From the NCBI RefSeq assembly GCF_004010195.1, contig NC_057753.1, positions 11,183,852 through 11,247,779 of the forward strand: a DNA stretch of 63,928 bases. Direction: 5' to 3'. Within the stretch, counting starts at the first letter, position 1, and every line of letters starts with the position of its first letter. Shown in pieces: positions 26,500-39,467 of this stretch. Position numbers and translations under genes: made by a program. The stretch is from Chiloscyllium plagiosum. Lineage: Eukaryota. The notes beneath the pieces were generated by a model that saw only the letters and a list, made by a program, of their open reading frames with translations, did no database searches and had not been told where the DNA came from.

Positions 26500-28590
26500 T
26501 AGATTAGATTCCTTACAGTGTGGAAACAAGTCCACACCGACCCTCTGAAGAGTAACCCACCCAGACCCATTTCCCTCTGACGAACGCACCGAACACTATG
26601 GACAATTTAGCATGGCTAATTCACCTGGCTGCACATCTTTGGACTGTGGGAGGAAACCGGAGCACCCGGAGGAAACCCACGCAGACACGGGGAGAATGTG
26701 CAAACTCCACACAGACACCGAGGCTGAAATCGAACATGGGTCCCTGGAGCCGAGAGGCAGCAGTGCTAACCACTGAGCCATCATGCAGCCCCATGGTGTT
26801 TCTCCACTGGAGCAGAGGAGGTTGAGAGACGATATGTATAAAAACATGAGGGGTAGAGATAGGGTTAATGGTAGTTATCTCTTCCTTCGGGTGGGGGATT
26901 TCAAGAGAGGAGGCACATTTTTACTGTGACAGGAGAGAAATTGAAAAAAAAGACATGGGGCAAATTTTTTATAGAGTGGTTCGCGTGAGGAATGAACTTT
27001 CAGACGAAGGGGAGGACACGGGTACAATTACAACATTTAAAAAACATTTGGATAAGTACGTGAACAGGAAAGTTTGGAGGGAAAAGGAGAGCCTGAATAG
27101 GCTGGGGATGTTTTCCCTGGAGCATCGGAGGCTGAGGGGTTGCCTTATAGAGGTTTACAAAACCATGAGGGGGCATGGATAGGGTAAATAGTCAAGGTCT
27201 TTTACCTGGGTTGTGGGGAGACCAGAGGGAATAGGTTTAAAGTGAGAGGGGAAAGATTTGAAAGGGAGGGGCAAATGTTTTACACAGAGGTTGTGCGTGT
27301 ATGAAATGAGCTGCCACAGGAAGTGGAGGACGCTGGTTCAATGTTATCATGTAAAAGATACAGAGATGGGTGTAAGAATAGGAAGAGTTTAGAGGGATAT
27401 AGGCCAAGGGCTGACAAATGGTACTGGATTACATTAGGATATCTGGTGGGCATGGACGAGTTGGACTGAAGGGAATGCTTCTGTGCTGTGCATCTCCATG
27501 GCGACAGGCCAGGAGGGGGTAGGTAGGACTAGTTTAGTTGCGGATCATGGACTGCAGGGTCTGTTTCTGGGCTGTGTGACTCAAATGAATGGGGGTCAAT
27601 CCCAAACAGATGGGAAAGTAAGAGTTTCTAGCACCACCTTGTGTGTGGACCCGCTCCAGATAACAGAGCAGTAGATCACAGTCAGCCAGCCAGCAAGTTC
27701 TCTCCAGGAGACTCGTCTCGAGAAAGGAAGCAATTTCCTGACCCGTCAGCTGGATTGTGGATCCAGTTTGGAGTCGGTCCTCCATTTCTGACAACATAGG
27801 TAGACAGGGCAGTGAAGAAAGCTTAAAGCACACTGGCCTTCAGTCAGGGCATTGAGTATCGAAGTTGGGAAGTTATGTTGCAGTTATACAAGATGTTGGT
27901 GAGACCGCACTTGGAGTATTGTGATTAGTTCTGGTCACCTTGGTGTGCGACTTCTGACTTCTTCAATTCTAGGGTCGTGTCGAACTCGGCATATTTAAAC
28001 AGTATCGCTTGGAGGGATTCATTTGAAATCTTTCAGGAAGTGAGCTCAACAGGATTGAACTATTTTAAAACTAACATCACAACCTGTAGTTATACAGACG
28101 TACAGAATGGAAACAGACCCGTCGGTTCAACTTGTCCATGCTGACCAGATATCCTAAATTAATCTCGTCCCATTTGCCAGCACTTGGCCCATATCCTTCT
28201 AAACCCCATCCAGATGCCTTGGAGTATTGTGATTAGTTCCAGATGCTGTCATTGTACCATCCTCCACCACTTCCTCTGGCAGCTCATTCCATACATGCAC
28301 TCCCCTCTATGCCATCTAGTTCTGGGTTCCCATAGCCCATGGTAAAGATCCTGTCTATTTACCCTATCCATGACCTTCACGATTTTATAAATCTCTTTCA
28401 GGTCACCCTTCAGCCCCCAACAACAGCCCCAGTTTATTCAGCCTCTTCCTGTGGCTCAAACCCTTCAACCCCCAGCAATGCAGACACAGGGAGAACATGC
28501 AAACTCCATACAGACAGGCACCCTGTGGGTGGAATCAAACCCAGGTCCCTGGCGCCCTGAGGCAGCGGCGCTAACCACTGAGCAACCGTG
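26500..28590. mobile_element. SINE (26500-26790, -), CR1 3' fragments and partial SINE (28478-28590, -)
   Basis: Sequence matches the SINE and CR1 copies elsewhere in the window. Confidence 0.8.
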
Positions 28591-28666
28591 GGGTTCGGCA
28601 GTCCAGCAGAAAACAATAAACCCACTGACTCTCCCACCACACCCACCGTCAGAACGGGCAGGAGGT

Positions 28667-30010
28667 TCAGTCCTGGGGGTGACCCACAGCAGCGTCAGCG
28701 GCAGAATCCGATTGTTGGGAATGCTGGCGCCTCCGCTCGTGTCTCCGCAAGCTGCAGGACGATGAGAATCTCTGCCCGCAGTCGTGGCAGACGAACGGCC
28801 TTTCCCCAGTATGGACCCGCCGATGGGTCTGGAGGTGGGAGGTCTGGGTAAAGCCCTTCCCGCACTCGGGGCAGCTGAAGGGCCTCTCCCCCGTGTGGAC
28901 CCGCCGGTGGGCCAGAAGGTGGGAGGAATTGCTGAAGGCCTTCCCGCACTCAGGGCAGGGGAAGGGCCTCTCCCTGGTGTGAACTCGCCGGTGGGCTAGT
29001 AGGTGGGAGGTATTGCTGAAGGCCTTCCCGCACTCGGGACAGGGGAAGGGCCGCTCGCCGGTGTGCACCCGCCGGTGGGCCAGCAGGTGGGAGGCCTGGA
29101 TAAAGGCCTTCCCGCACTCGGGGCAGCTGAAAGGCCTCTCCCCCGTGTGGAGCCGCCGGTGGGCCAGCAGGGCAGAGGAATCACTGAAGCCCTTGTTGCA
29201 CTCAGGACAGAGGAAGGGCCGCTCGCCAGTATGCACCCGCCGATGGGTCAGCAGGGCAGAGGAATTGCTGAAGGCCTTCCCACACTCAGGGCAGCTGAAC
29301 GGCCTCTCTCCAGTGTGGAGCCGCTTGTGCGTCAGCAGGTGGGAGGCCTGAGTAAAGCCCTTCCCGCACTCGGGGCAGCTGAAAGGCCTCTCGCCAGTGT
29401 GGAGCCGCCGGTGGGCCTGCAGGGTGGAGGAATCGCTGAAGCTCTTGGCGCACTCTGAGCAGGTGAACGGCCTCTCGCCGGTGTGGATTCGCCGGTGGGC
29501 CAGCAGGTTGGAGGCCTGAGTAAAACCCTTCCCGCACTCAGGGCAGCTGAAGGGCCTCTCCCCCGTGTGGACGCGCCGGTGGATCAGCAGGACGGAGGAA
29601 TTGCTGAAGGCCTTCCCGCACTCGGGGCAGCTGAAGGGCTTTTCGCCCGAGTGGACGCGCCGGTGGGTCTGGAAGTGGGAGAACTGGGTAAAGGCCTTCC
29701 CGCACTCTGCGCAGCCGAAGGGCCTCTCCCCAGTGTGGACCCGCTGGTGGGACTGCAGGGTGGAGGAATCGCTGAAGCCCTTGCCACACTCTGGGCAGCT
29801 GAAGGGCCTCTCCCCGGTGTGGACCGACCGGTGCCTCAGCAGGTGGGAGGCACTGGCGAAGCCCTTCCCGCACTCAGGGCAGGAGAACGGCCTCTCCCCG
29901 GTGTGACTGCGCCGATGAATCTCCAGGGCAGACGGGACAAGGAAGCCTTTCCCGCAGTCACCACACTTCCACGGTTTCTCCACGGGGTGGGATTCTTCGG
30001 GTTTCTCCAT
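28667..30010 (-). CDS. Intact tandem C2H2 (Kruppel-type) zinc-finger protein, about 447 aa: 14 canonical fingers plus 1 atypical terminal finger; no KRAB/SCAN/BTB domain in this ORF
   Basis: Uninterrupted CxxC-x12-H-x3-H repeats with TGERPF linkers. The track start at 30034 is TTG; the first ATG is at 30010 (MEKPEES) and there is an in-frame stop upstream. CpG-rich. Confidence 0.93.
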   Translation of the reverse strand: MEKPEESHPVEKPWKCGDCGKGFLVPSALEIHRRSHTGERPFSCPECGKGFASASHLLRHRSVHTGERPFSCPECGKGFSDSSTLQSHQRVHTGERPFGCAECGKAFTQFSHFQTHRRVHSGEKPFSCPECGKAFSNSSVLLIHRRVHTGERPFSCPECGKGFTQASNLLAHRRIHTGERPFTCSECAKSFSDSSTLQAHRRLHTGERPFSCPECGKGFTQASHLLTHKRLHTGERPFSCPECGKAFSNSSALLTHRRVHTGERPFLCPECNKGFSDSSALLAHRRLHTGERPFSCPECGKAFIQASHLLAHRRVHTGERPFPCPECGKAFSNTSHLLAHRRVHTRERPFPCPECGKAFSNSSHLLAHRRVHTGERPFSCPECGKGFTQTSHLQTHRRVHTGERPFVCHDCGQRFSSSCSLRRHERRRQHSQQSDSAADAAVGHPQD

Positions 30011-30247
30011 GGACGAACCTTCAGCCACACACAAATGCGTGTACAGCCCCTCCCCGCCGTGAATTCCTCTTTCCAGGCTGTATAACTGTTTCAGGCTCCA
30101 CGCTCAGTGCGCTCTAACAGTAGGGTCTCTCATCCAGTCCCACTGATGCTGAAAACGTATTGAAACAGGAACCATTCTCCTTCTCACAGCATCATCGTTG
30201 AAAACCATTGGGGTCCCAATGGATGGAGTGACTGTCAGACATTGATG

Positions 30248-30350
30248 TGAAAGCGAGGACTGCAGACACTGGAGAGTCAGAGTCAAAATGTAGGGCACTG
30301 GAAAAGCACAGCGGGTCAGGCAGCATCCGAGGAGCAGGAGAGTCGATGTT
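30248..30350 (-). mobile_element. Penelope-terminus fragment inside the predicted ZNF 5'UTR
   Basis: ctggaaaagcacagcgggtcaggcagcatccgaggagcaggagagtcgatgtt interrupts the conserved pre-finger sequence. Confidence 0.75.
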
Positions 30351-30386
30351 GATTTTGAAACTTCCGTCTTCAGATCTTCAAATACT

Positions 30387-31737
30387 CTGTAAAAAGATTA
30401 CAAAAGTCATCACTGACAGTCTAGGGTAGAAATTCAGAACAAGCAATTCTACTTTCTACAGAGGATTCTTTTCTTTTGTTAATCCACAAAATCGAAAGCA
30501 CCATCTCACTCTCTCTCCTCCTATTCTCACTCTGCTCTAACCAATTCTCCTGAAGGTGCTGATTCAGGCAGAAAAGCTCTTGAATTTGATAAACCCACCT
30601 GAAAGTTAATATCTTTCACAACATTGGGATATTGCGGAGAGTGATCATGTCTGATTTTGGGAAGTGAAAAAAAAGAGAGTTTGTCAATTCAGGATGAATC
30701 TACAATGCAGCTTCTTGAAAAACAACCAGACACAAAATGGTTAACATCCCCAGGAAAAGGGAAATGAGACATCAAGGCATTGACACTAACACCAGAGAGC
30801 AACTGAAGTACAGACGTGGCAAACGTTAGTGGCAAGCCAGAGTCAGAGAGATACACAGCACAGAATCAGACCCTTCGGTCCAACTCATCCATGCCGACTA
30901 GATATCCCAACCTAACCTAGTCTCATTTGCCAGCATTATATTCCTATATCCCTTAAAACCATTCCTATTCATATACCCTTCCAGATACCTCTTAAATGTC
31001 ATAATTGTACCAGCAATCACCACTTCCTCTGGCAACTCATTCCTTACACAAATGAAAAGGTTGACCCTTGGGTCCCTTTTCAGTCTTGCTCCTACCAATC
31101 CTAAACCTATTACCCTCGCATTCTGGACTTCCCCCATATCCATGCCTCTCATGATTTTATAAAGGTCTTTCAGATCACCCCTCAGCTTCCAGAGTGCTAG
31201 GTAAAACAGCCCCAGCCTATTCATCTAAAACCCTCAAGCCCTGGCAACATCCTTGTAAATCTTTTCTGAACACTTTCAAGTTTCGCAACTTCCTTCTGAT
31301 AGGAGGGAGACCAGAACTGCACACAATATTCCAAAAGTAACCTAACAAATGTCCTGTACATAACCTCCCAATTCCCATACTCAGAGGATTTGGAAAGTTT
31401 TTTTTTAAACCCACAAAAGACAACCGGGAAACAATGGAGGGACAAACCGAACTTTTGAGGGTCAGCTTGGAAGCATCAATGCCTCGGGGTTGGGGGGTGG
31501 GGATGGGGCAAGGAAGCTGAATGTGCTGGAGCCAAGGCGGAGGAAGAACAGAGGGTGCAAAACCGTTGCAGCCGGCTTGAAGCTGCAATGAGGAATGTTG
31601 CATGTTCTGTACTTGTACCTGTTGCATTTATGGGAATAGGGTGCATTTAAAAAATAAGAACAGAAAATACATCTCCCCCTCCCCCTCACAATCTCTAACC
31701 TTCTGTCCCTCCCTACCCAGGTAATTAAGACACATAC
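30387..31737 (-). other. Predicted 5'UTR intron of the ZNF gene (contains a CR1 3' fragment at 30840-31385)
   Basis: Minus-strand donor tgg|GTATGT at 31737 and acceptor tctttttacAG| at 30388-30387. The donor context is conserved in the paralogous block at 44401-44460. Confidence 0.55.
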
Positions 31738-31859
31738 CCAAGTTTGTAGAGTCTGCTCCCTCCCTGGATTCACTCCAGTTGCTACCAGTGAACAGGTTCC
31801 CCCCCTCTCCCCCAGGATGAGGAGTTGCCCAAAGGGAGGGAGTCTCTCTCTGAAACTGA

Positions 31860-32040
31860 CAGGGCCACTTCCGCGTTGTGACGTCAACAATGGGGCGACT
31901 GAATCGGGAAAGAGGGCGGGGTGAAGGCGACAGCTGGCCCCCGCACTGCGCCTGCTCCGGACAGCCGGCCGGCCGGCCCACACTGCGCCTGCTCCGGACA
32001 GCCGGCCGGCCGGGCCGCCCGCACTGCGCCTGCGCTGTCC
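31860..32040 (-). promoter_or_regulatory. CpG-island promoter of the intact ZNF gene
   Basis: ETS cacttccg (~31866), CRE tgacgtca (31879), GC box gggcgggg (~31914) and three ~33-bp tandem units carrying actgcgcctgc(g/t)c NRF1-like sites. Confidence 0.7.
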
Positions 32041-32077
32041 TTTAACAGCAGAGGTTACAAAAATCCCTTTCCTTCAC

Positions 32078-34230
32078 AGAATCCCGACAGTGTGGAAGCA
32101 GGCCGCTCGGCCCAACGAGTCCACACCGAAGGGTAACCCACCCAGACGCATTATTCCCCTCCCCTATTGCAATACATTTACCCCTGACTAATGCACATAA
32201 CCTGCACATTCCTGGACCCTATGGGACAATTTAGCATGGCCAATTCACCCTCACCTACACACAGAGTCATAGAGATGTACAGCATGGAAACAGACCCTTC
32301 GGTCCAACCCATCCATGCTGACCCAGATATCCCAACCCAATCGAGTCCCACTTGCCAGCACCCAGCCCATATCCCTCCAAACCCTTCCTACTCATTACTG
32401 TTAGGTAAGGGGTAAATGTAGGGGTATGGGTGGGTTGCGCTTCGGCGGGTCGGTGTGGACTTGTTGGGCCGAAGGGCCTGTTTCCACACTGTAAGTAATC
32501 TAATCTAATCATATACCCATCCAAATGCCTTTTAAATGTTGCAATTGTTACAGTAGCCTCCACCACTTCTTCTGGCAGCTCATTCCATATGTGTACCACT
32601 CTCTGTGTGAGAAAGTTGCCCCATAGGTCTCTTTCCCCTCTGGGGGGTGGGGGGGGAGGAAAGAGGAGAACGTGCAAACTCCACACAGTTGCCCCAAGGG
32701 AGGAATTGAACCGAGGTCCCTGGCGCTGTGACGCAGCAGTGCTAACCACTGAGCCACCATACCTCCCTTTTCCACTCCCCACCAAATCACTCAGCTGGAG
32801 TTCAAGCAAAGCACTGTGTTTAACTTTCGCTTCATACTCACCAAACCTTCCTCCCATGTAAAACATTTGCTTTCTCTCCCCCACCCTGTCCATACGAAAA
32901 GCAAAGAGTTCTGCGACTCTGGAGGTGGGGGAATGGCATATAGAATCCCTACAGTGCAGAAACAGGCCAATTGGCCCAAAAGGTCCACACAAGTCTCTGA
33001 AGAGTTACCGAGCCAGACTCATTCCCCTTCCCCTATTACTCTACATTTACCCCTGACTAATGCACCTAGCTTTCACATCATTGCACACTAAGGAGCAATT
33101 TAACATGGCCAATTCACCCAAACCTGCACATCTTTGGACTGTGGGAGGAAACCAGAGTACACAGGGGAGACCCACACAGGCACAAGAGGAGAATGTCCAA
33201 ACTTCACACAGATATTCACCTCGAGGCTGGAATCAAACCAGAGTCCCTGATGCTGTGAGGCACTAGTGCTAACCACTGAGCCACCATACTGCCCACGTAT
33301 ACTGAAAGAAGTGGGTGGTGGGAACTTTGTTGACTGCACTGCATGGTGGATTGTTGAGTAAGGTTAAATCTCACGGGGTCCGGGGAAAGCTAGCCAACTG
33401 AGTACAAAATTTACCACCATATTGCTGCAGATGCTGGAATCTGTCCTGAAAACAAGTGCTGGAGATCACAGCGGGTCAGGCAGGTCCCCGCAGAGAGGGC
33501 AAGCTAATGTTTCAATTCCAGATGACTCCTCATCATAGAGATTTATAAACTCGTGGGGAGTATAGATAAGGTGAATGTTAGGGATCTTTTCCCTGGGCTG
33601 AGGGACTTCAAGACTAGGGGACATATTTCTAAGGTGAGAACATGAAGATTTAAAAACAAAACAAGGAGGAACATTTTTACACCCCTTGTGTGGAATGAGC
33701 CTCCAGAGGAAGTGGTGGATGCGAGTACAGTCAAGGCTTTTGGATAAGTGCATGAAGGAGAAATGTTTAGAGGGGTATTGGGCTAAGTGCAGGAGGGTGA
33801 GACTATGTTAGTTTGGGATTAAGGTCGACATGGACTGATTGGTCCAAAGGGTCTGCTTCTGCACTGTGCGACTATGACTGGATAGAGTTGATGTGGAGAA
33901 GATGGTTCCACTACAATGAGAGACTAGGACCCGAGAACACAGGCTCAAGGGGAAGGAATGCCCTTTAGGACTGAGATGAGAAGGAATTTCTTCAGCCAGA
34001 GGGTGGTGAATCCGTGAATCTCATTGCTGCAGAGGGCTGTAGAGGCCAAACCATTGAAAGCATTTAAGACAGAGGTAGGTAGGTTCCTTATTAGTAAGGG
34101 GATCAAGGGTTACGAGGAGAAAGTGGCCGAATGGGGTTGAGAAAGATATCAGCCATAATTGACTGTTGGAGCAGACTTGTTGGGCCAAATAGCCTCATTC
34201 TGGGCCTGCTTTTCATGGTCTTAATACTGG
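32078..34230. mobile_element. Nested SINE, CR1 3' and Penelope-terminus fragments
   Basis: SINE pieces at 32078-32260, 32398-32510, 32665-32762 and 32940-33296; Penelope terminus at 33420-33535; CR1 tails. Confidence 0.75.
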
Positions 34231-37200
34231 GCAGATTACTGAAGCAGTTTTCACGAACAGTTTCAGAGTCCTGAAGAAGAGTCATACTGACGTAGAACAC
34301 AGAAAGAAACCCTTCAGTCAGACTCGACCATGTCGATTAATTATCCTAACCTAATTCAGTCCCATTTGCCAGCACGTGGCCCATATCCCTCAAACCCCTT
34401 CCTATTCATATACCCATCCAGATGCCTTTTAAATCCTGCATTTGTACCAGCATCCACCACTTCCTCTGGCAGCTCATTCCATACACGCACTACTCTTTGG
34501 GTGAAAAGGCTGCCGCTTAGGTCCCTTCTAAATCTTTCCCCTCTCACCCTAAACCCATGCCCTCTACTTCTGCACTCCCCCAACCCATGGAAAATACCTT
34601 GTCTATTACCCTATCCGTGCCCCTCACGATTTTGTAAACCTCTATAAGGTCACCCCTCAGCCTCCGACGCTCCAGGGAAAACAGCCCCAGCCTGTTCAGC
34701 CTCTCCCTGTAGCTCAAATCCTCCAACCCTGGCAACATCCTTGTGATTTTTTTCTGAACCCTTTCATGTTTCACAACATCCTTCCAACAGGAAGGAGACC
34801 AGAATTGCACAATATTCCAAAAGTGGCCTAACCAATTCCTGTACAGCCACAACATGACCTCCCAACTCCTATACTCAGTACTCTGACCAATAAAGGAAAG
34901 CATACCAAATGCCTTCTTCACGATTCTATCTACTTCAACTCGACTGTCAAGGAACTACGAACCTGCACTCCAAGGTCTCTTTGTTCAGCAACACTCCCTC
35001 AGACCTTACCACTAAGTGCATAAGTCCTGCTCTGATTTGCTTTTCCAAAATGCAGCATCTCACATTTATCTAAATTAAACTCCATCTGCCACTTCTCAGC
35101 CCATTGGCCCATCTGGTCAAGATCCTGTTGTAACCAGAGTTAACCTTCTTTCATTTTTGGTGTCATCTGCAAACTTACTAACTATACCTCCAATGTTCAC
35201 ATCCAAATCATTTACATAAATGACAAAAAGTAGAGGACCCAGCACCGATCCTTGTGGCACTCCACTGGTCACAGGCTTCCAGTCTGAAAAACAACCCTCC
35301 ACCACCACCTTGGTCTTCTACCTTGGAGCCAATTCTGTATCCAAATGGCTAGTTCTCCCTGTATTCCACGAGATCTAACCTTGCTAACCAGTTGTCCATG
35401 GGGAACCTTGTCGAACGCCTTACTGAAGTCCATATAGATCACGTCTACCACTCTGCCGTCATCAATCCTCTTTGTCACTTCTTCAAAAAATCCAATCGAT
35501 TTCCCACGCACAAAGCCATGCTGACTATCCCTAATCAGTCCTTGCCTTTCAAAATGAATATAAATCCTGTCCCTCATGATTCTCTCCAACAACGTGCCCA
35601 CCACCAATGTCAGGCTCACTGGTCTACAGTTCCCTGGCTTTTCCTACCACCTTTCTTAAATAGTGGCACCATATTAGCCAACCTCCAGTCTTCTGACACC
35701 TCACCTGTGAATGTCAATGATGCAAATATCTCACCAAAAGGCCCAGCAATCACTTCCCTAACTTCCCAGAGTTAAAGGATACACCTGATCAGGTCCTGGG
35801 GATTTATCCATTTTTATGGGTTTCAAGACATCCAGCACCACTTCCTCTGTAATATGGACATTTTCAAGATGTCACCATCTATTCCTCCACATTCTACATC
35901 TTCCATGTCCTTCTCTACAGGAAACACTGATGTAAAACACTCGGTTAGTATCTCCCCCATCTCCTCTCCTGTGGCTTGACACATTGGCTGTCTTGCTGAT
36001 CTTTGACGGGTCCGATTCTCTCCCTAGTTACCCTTTTGTCATTAGCGTATTTATAAAAGCCTTTTGGATCCTCCTTAACCCTATTTGGCAAAGCTATCTC
36101 ATGGCTCGTTTTGCCCTCCTTCTTATAGGGTATATCAGGAATAAAAAAAAGAATAACTACAATAAGATTAGAGCCAAAGACAGTAGTGGGAAGTTGCGTA
36201 TGGAATCTGAGGACATGGGGAAGCGCTTAATGAATACTTTACATTGGAAAAGGACAATGTTAGTGAGAATACAGAGATACAGAATTCTAGATTAGATGGG
36301 ATTGCAGTTGACAAAAAGGAGATTTTAGCAATTTTGGAAGATCTGAAAATAGATAAGACCCCTAGGCCGGATGGGATTTATCCTCAGATTCTCTGGGAAG
36401 CCAGGGAGAAGATTACAGAGGCTTTGGCTTTGATCTTTATGTCATCATTGTCAACAGGAGTACTGCCAGAAGACTGGAGAATAGCAAATGTTTCCTTGTT
36501 TAAGAAGGGGAGCTGGGACAACCCTGGTAATTATAGGCCAGTGAGTCTTACTTCGGTTGTGGGTAAGGTGTTGGAAAAGCTTATGAGAGATAGAATTTTT
36601 AATCACCTGGAAAGGAATAATTTGGGTGATTAGAGATAGTCAACACAGTTTTGTGAAGAGTAGATCGTGCCTAACTAACCTTAGAGTTCTTCGAGAAGGT
36701 GACAAAACAGGTAGATGAAGGTAAAGCAGTCAATGTGGTAAACATTGACAGTAAAGTTTGATAAGGTTCCACACGATAGGCTGCTGCACAAAAATGGAAT
36801 TTCAGGATTGAAGGTGATTTAGCAGTTTAGATCAGAAATTGGCGAGCTCAAAGATGACAGAGGCTGGTGGTTGATGAGAAACATTCGTCCTGGAGCTCAG
36901 TTACCAGTGTGTGTCACAGGATCTGTTTTGGGCCCACTGCTGTTTGCCATTTTTATAAATGATCTGGATGTGGTAGGATAGGTTAGTGAAATTGCGGGTA
37001 ACACTAAGGTAGGTAGAGTTGTGGATAGTGCCAAAGGATGTTGTCGGTTACAGAGGGACAAGATGCAGAGCTGGGCTGAGAAGTGGCAAATGGAGTTTAA
37101 TGCAGAAAGGTGTGAGGTAGTTCACTCTGGAAGAAGCAACAGGAATGCAGAGTACTGGGCTAATAGTAACATTTTTGGCAGTGTAGATGAACAGAGAGAT

Positions 37201-37464
37201 CTCGGTGTCCAGGTGCATAAATCTCTGAAAGTTGACACCCAGGGTTGTTAAGAAGGCACATGGTGTGTTGGTGTTTATTGGTAGGGAGATTGAGTTTTGG
37301 AGCCACGAGATCATGCTTCAGCTGTACAAGACACTGGTAAGGCAGCAGCACCTAGAGTATTGCATTCAGTTCTGGTCACAGCATTATAGGAAGCTCGTGG
37401 AAGCTTTGGAAAGGGTTCAGAGGAGATTTATTAGGATGTTGCCTGGAATGGAGGGAAGGTCTTA

Positions 37465-39056
37465 GAGTCATAGAGATGTACTGCATGGAAACAGACCCTT
37501 TGGTCCAACCCGTCCATGCCGACCAGATATCCCAACCCAATCTAGTCCCACCTGCCAGCACCTGGCCCATATCCCTCCAAACCCTTCCTATTCATATACC
37601 CATCCAAATGCCTCTTAAATGTTGCAATTGTACCAGCCTCCACCACTTCCTGTGGCAGCTCATTCCATAGACGCACCACCCCTCTGAGTGAAAAGGTTGC
37701 CCCATATGTCTCTTTTATATCTTTCCCCTCACCCTAAACCTATGCCCTCTAGTTCTGGACTCCCCGACCCAGGGAAAAGACATCGCCTATTTACCCTATC
37801 CATGCCCCTCAATTTTGTAAACCTCTATAAGGTCACCCCTCAGCCTCCAATGCTCCAGGGAAAACAGCCTCCGCCTTTCCCTATAGCTCAGATCCTCCAA
37901 CCCTGGCAACATCCTTGTAAATCTTTTCTGAACCCTTTCAAGTTTCACAACATCTTTCCGATAGGAAGGAGACCAGAATTGCACGCAATATTCCAACAGT
38001 GGCCTAACCAATATCCTGTACAGCAACATGACCTCCCAACTTCTGTACTCAATACTCTGACCAATAAAGGAAAGCATACCAAATGCCTTCTTCACTATCC
38101 TATCTACCTGTGACTCCACTTTCAAGGAGCTATGAACCTGCACTCCAAGGTCTCTTTGTTCAGCAACACTCCATAGGACCTTACCATTAAGTGTATAAGT
38201 CCTGCTAAGATTTGCTTTCCCAAAATGCAGCACCTCACATTTATTGGAATTAAACTCCATCTGCCACTTCTCAGCCCATTGGCCCGTCTGGTCAAGATCC
38301 TGTTGTAATCTGAGGTAACCCTCTTTGCTATCTACTACACCTCCAATTTTGGTGTCATCTGCAAACTTACTAACTGTACCTCTTTATGCTCACATCCAAA
38401 TCATTTATGTAAATGATAAAAAGTAGAGGACCCAGCACCGATCCTTGTGGCACTTCACTGACCTCCAGTCTGAAAAACAACCCTCCACCACCACTCTGTC
38501 TTCTACCTTTGAGCCAGTTCTGTATCCACATGCCTAGTTCTCCCTGTATTCCATGTCATCGAACCTTGTTAATCAGTCTCCTATGGGGAACCTTGTCGAA
38601 CGCCTTACTGAAGTCCATATATATCACATCTACACTCTGCCCTCATCAATCCTCTTTGTTACTTCTTCAAAAAACTCAATCAAGTTTGTGAGACATGATT
38701 TCCCACGCACTAAGCCGTGTTTACTATGCCTAATCAGTCCTTGTCTTTCCAAATACATGTACATCCTGTCCCTCAGGATTCCCTCCAACAACTTGTCCAC
38801 CGCCAACATCACGCTCACCGGTCTATAGTTCCCTGGCTTGTCCTTACCACGCTTCTTAAACAGTGGCACCATGTTAGCCAACCTCCAGTCTTCCGGCACC
38901 TCACCTGTGACTATCGATGATACAAACATCTCAGTAAGAGGCCCAGTAATCCCTTCTCTAGCTTCTCACAGAGTTCTGGGGTACACCTGATCAGGTCCTG
39001 GGGATTTATCCACCTTTATGCATTTCAAGATATCCTGCACTTCCTCCTCTGTAATA
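37465..39056 (-). mobile_element. Young 5'-truncated CR1 nested in the previous element
   Basis: RT ORFs 38630-38929 and 37796-38260; short TSD-like tctta on both sides. Confidence 0.9.
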
Positions 39057-39125
39057 TCTTACGAGGAATTCTGAGGGAACTGAAGCTGTTTGCATTGGGG
39101 AGAAGGTCGAGAGGTATCAGATAAT

Positions 39126-39467
39126 GACGGTTGGAGGAAGAGCGCCTCATCTTCCGGCTAGGAACCCTCCAACCACAAGGGATGAACTCGGATTTCACCA
39201 GTTTCCTCATTTCCCCTCCCCCCACCCTGTCTCAGTCAAATCCATCAAATTCAGCACCGCCTTCCTAACCTGCAATCTTCTCCCCGACCNNNNNNNNNNN
39301 NNNNNNNNNNNNNNNNNNNNNNNNNNNNNNNNNNNNNCCTGAAGAAGGGCTTATGCCCGAAACGTCGATTCTCCTGTTCCCTGGATGCTGTCTGACCTGC
39401 TGCGCTTTTCCAGCAACACATTTCCAGCTCTGATCTCCAGCATCTGCAGACCTCACTTTCTCCTCAA
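39126..39467 (+). mobile_element. Penelope 3' end (GIY-YIG C-terminus plus terminal repeat with hammerhead core); spans a small gap at 39290-39337
   Basis: RLEEERLIFRLGTLQPQGMNSDF; ctgaagaagggcttatgcccgaaacgtc; 14-bp TSD aggtatcagataat at 39112-39125 and 39468-39481. Confidence 0.88.

Noticed and set aside
28695..30085. Many overlapping antisense and alternate-frame ORFs over the ZNF gene
   Set aside because: These are expected shadows of a GC-rich 84-bp periodic coding repeat.
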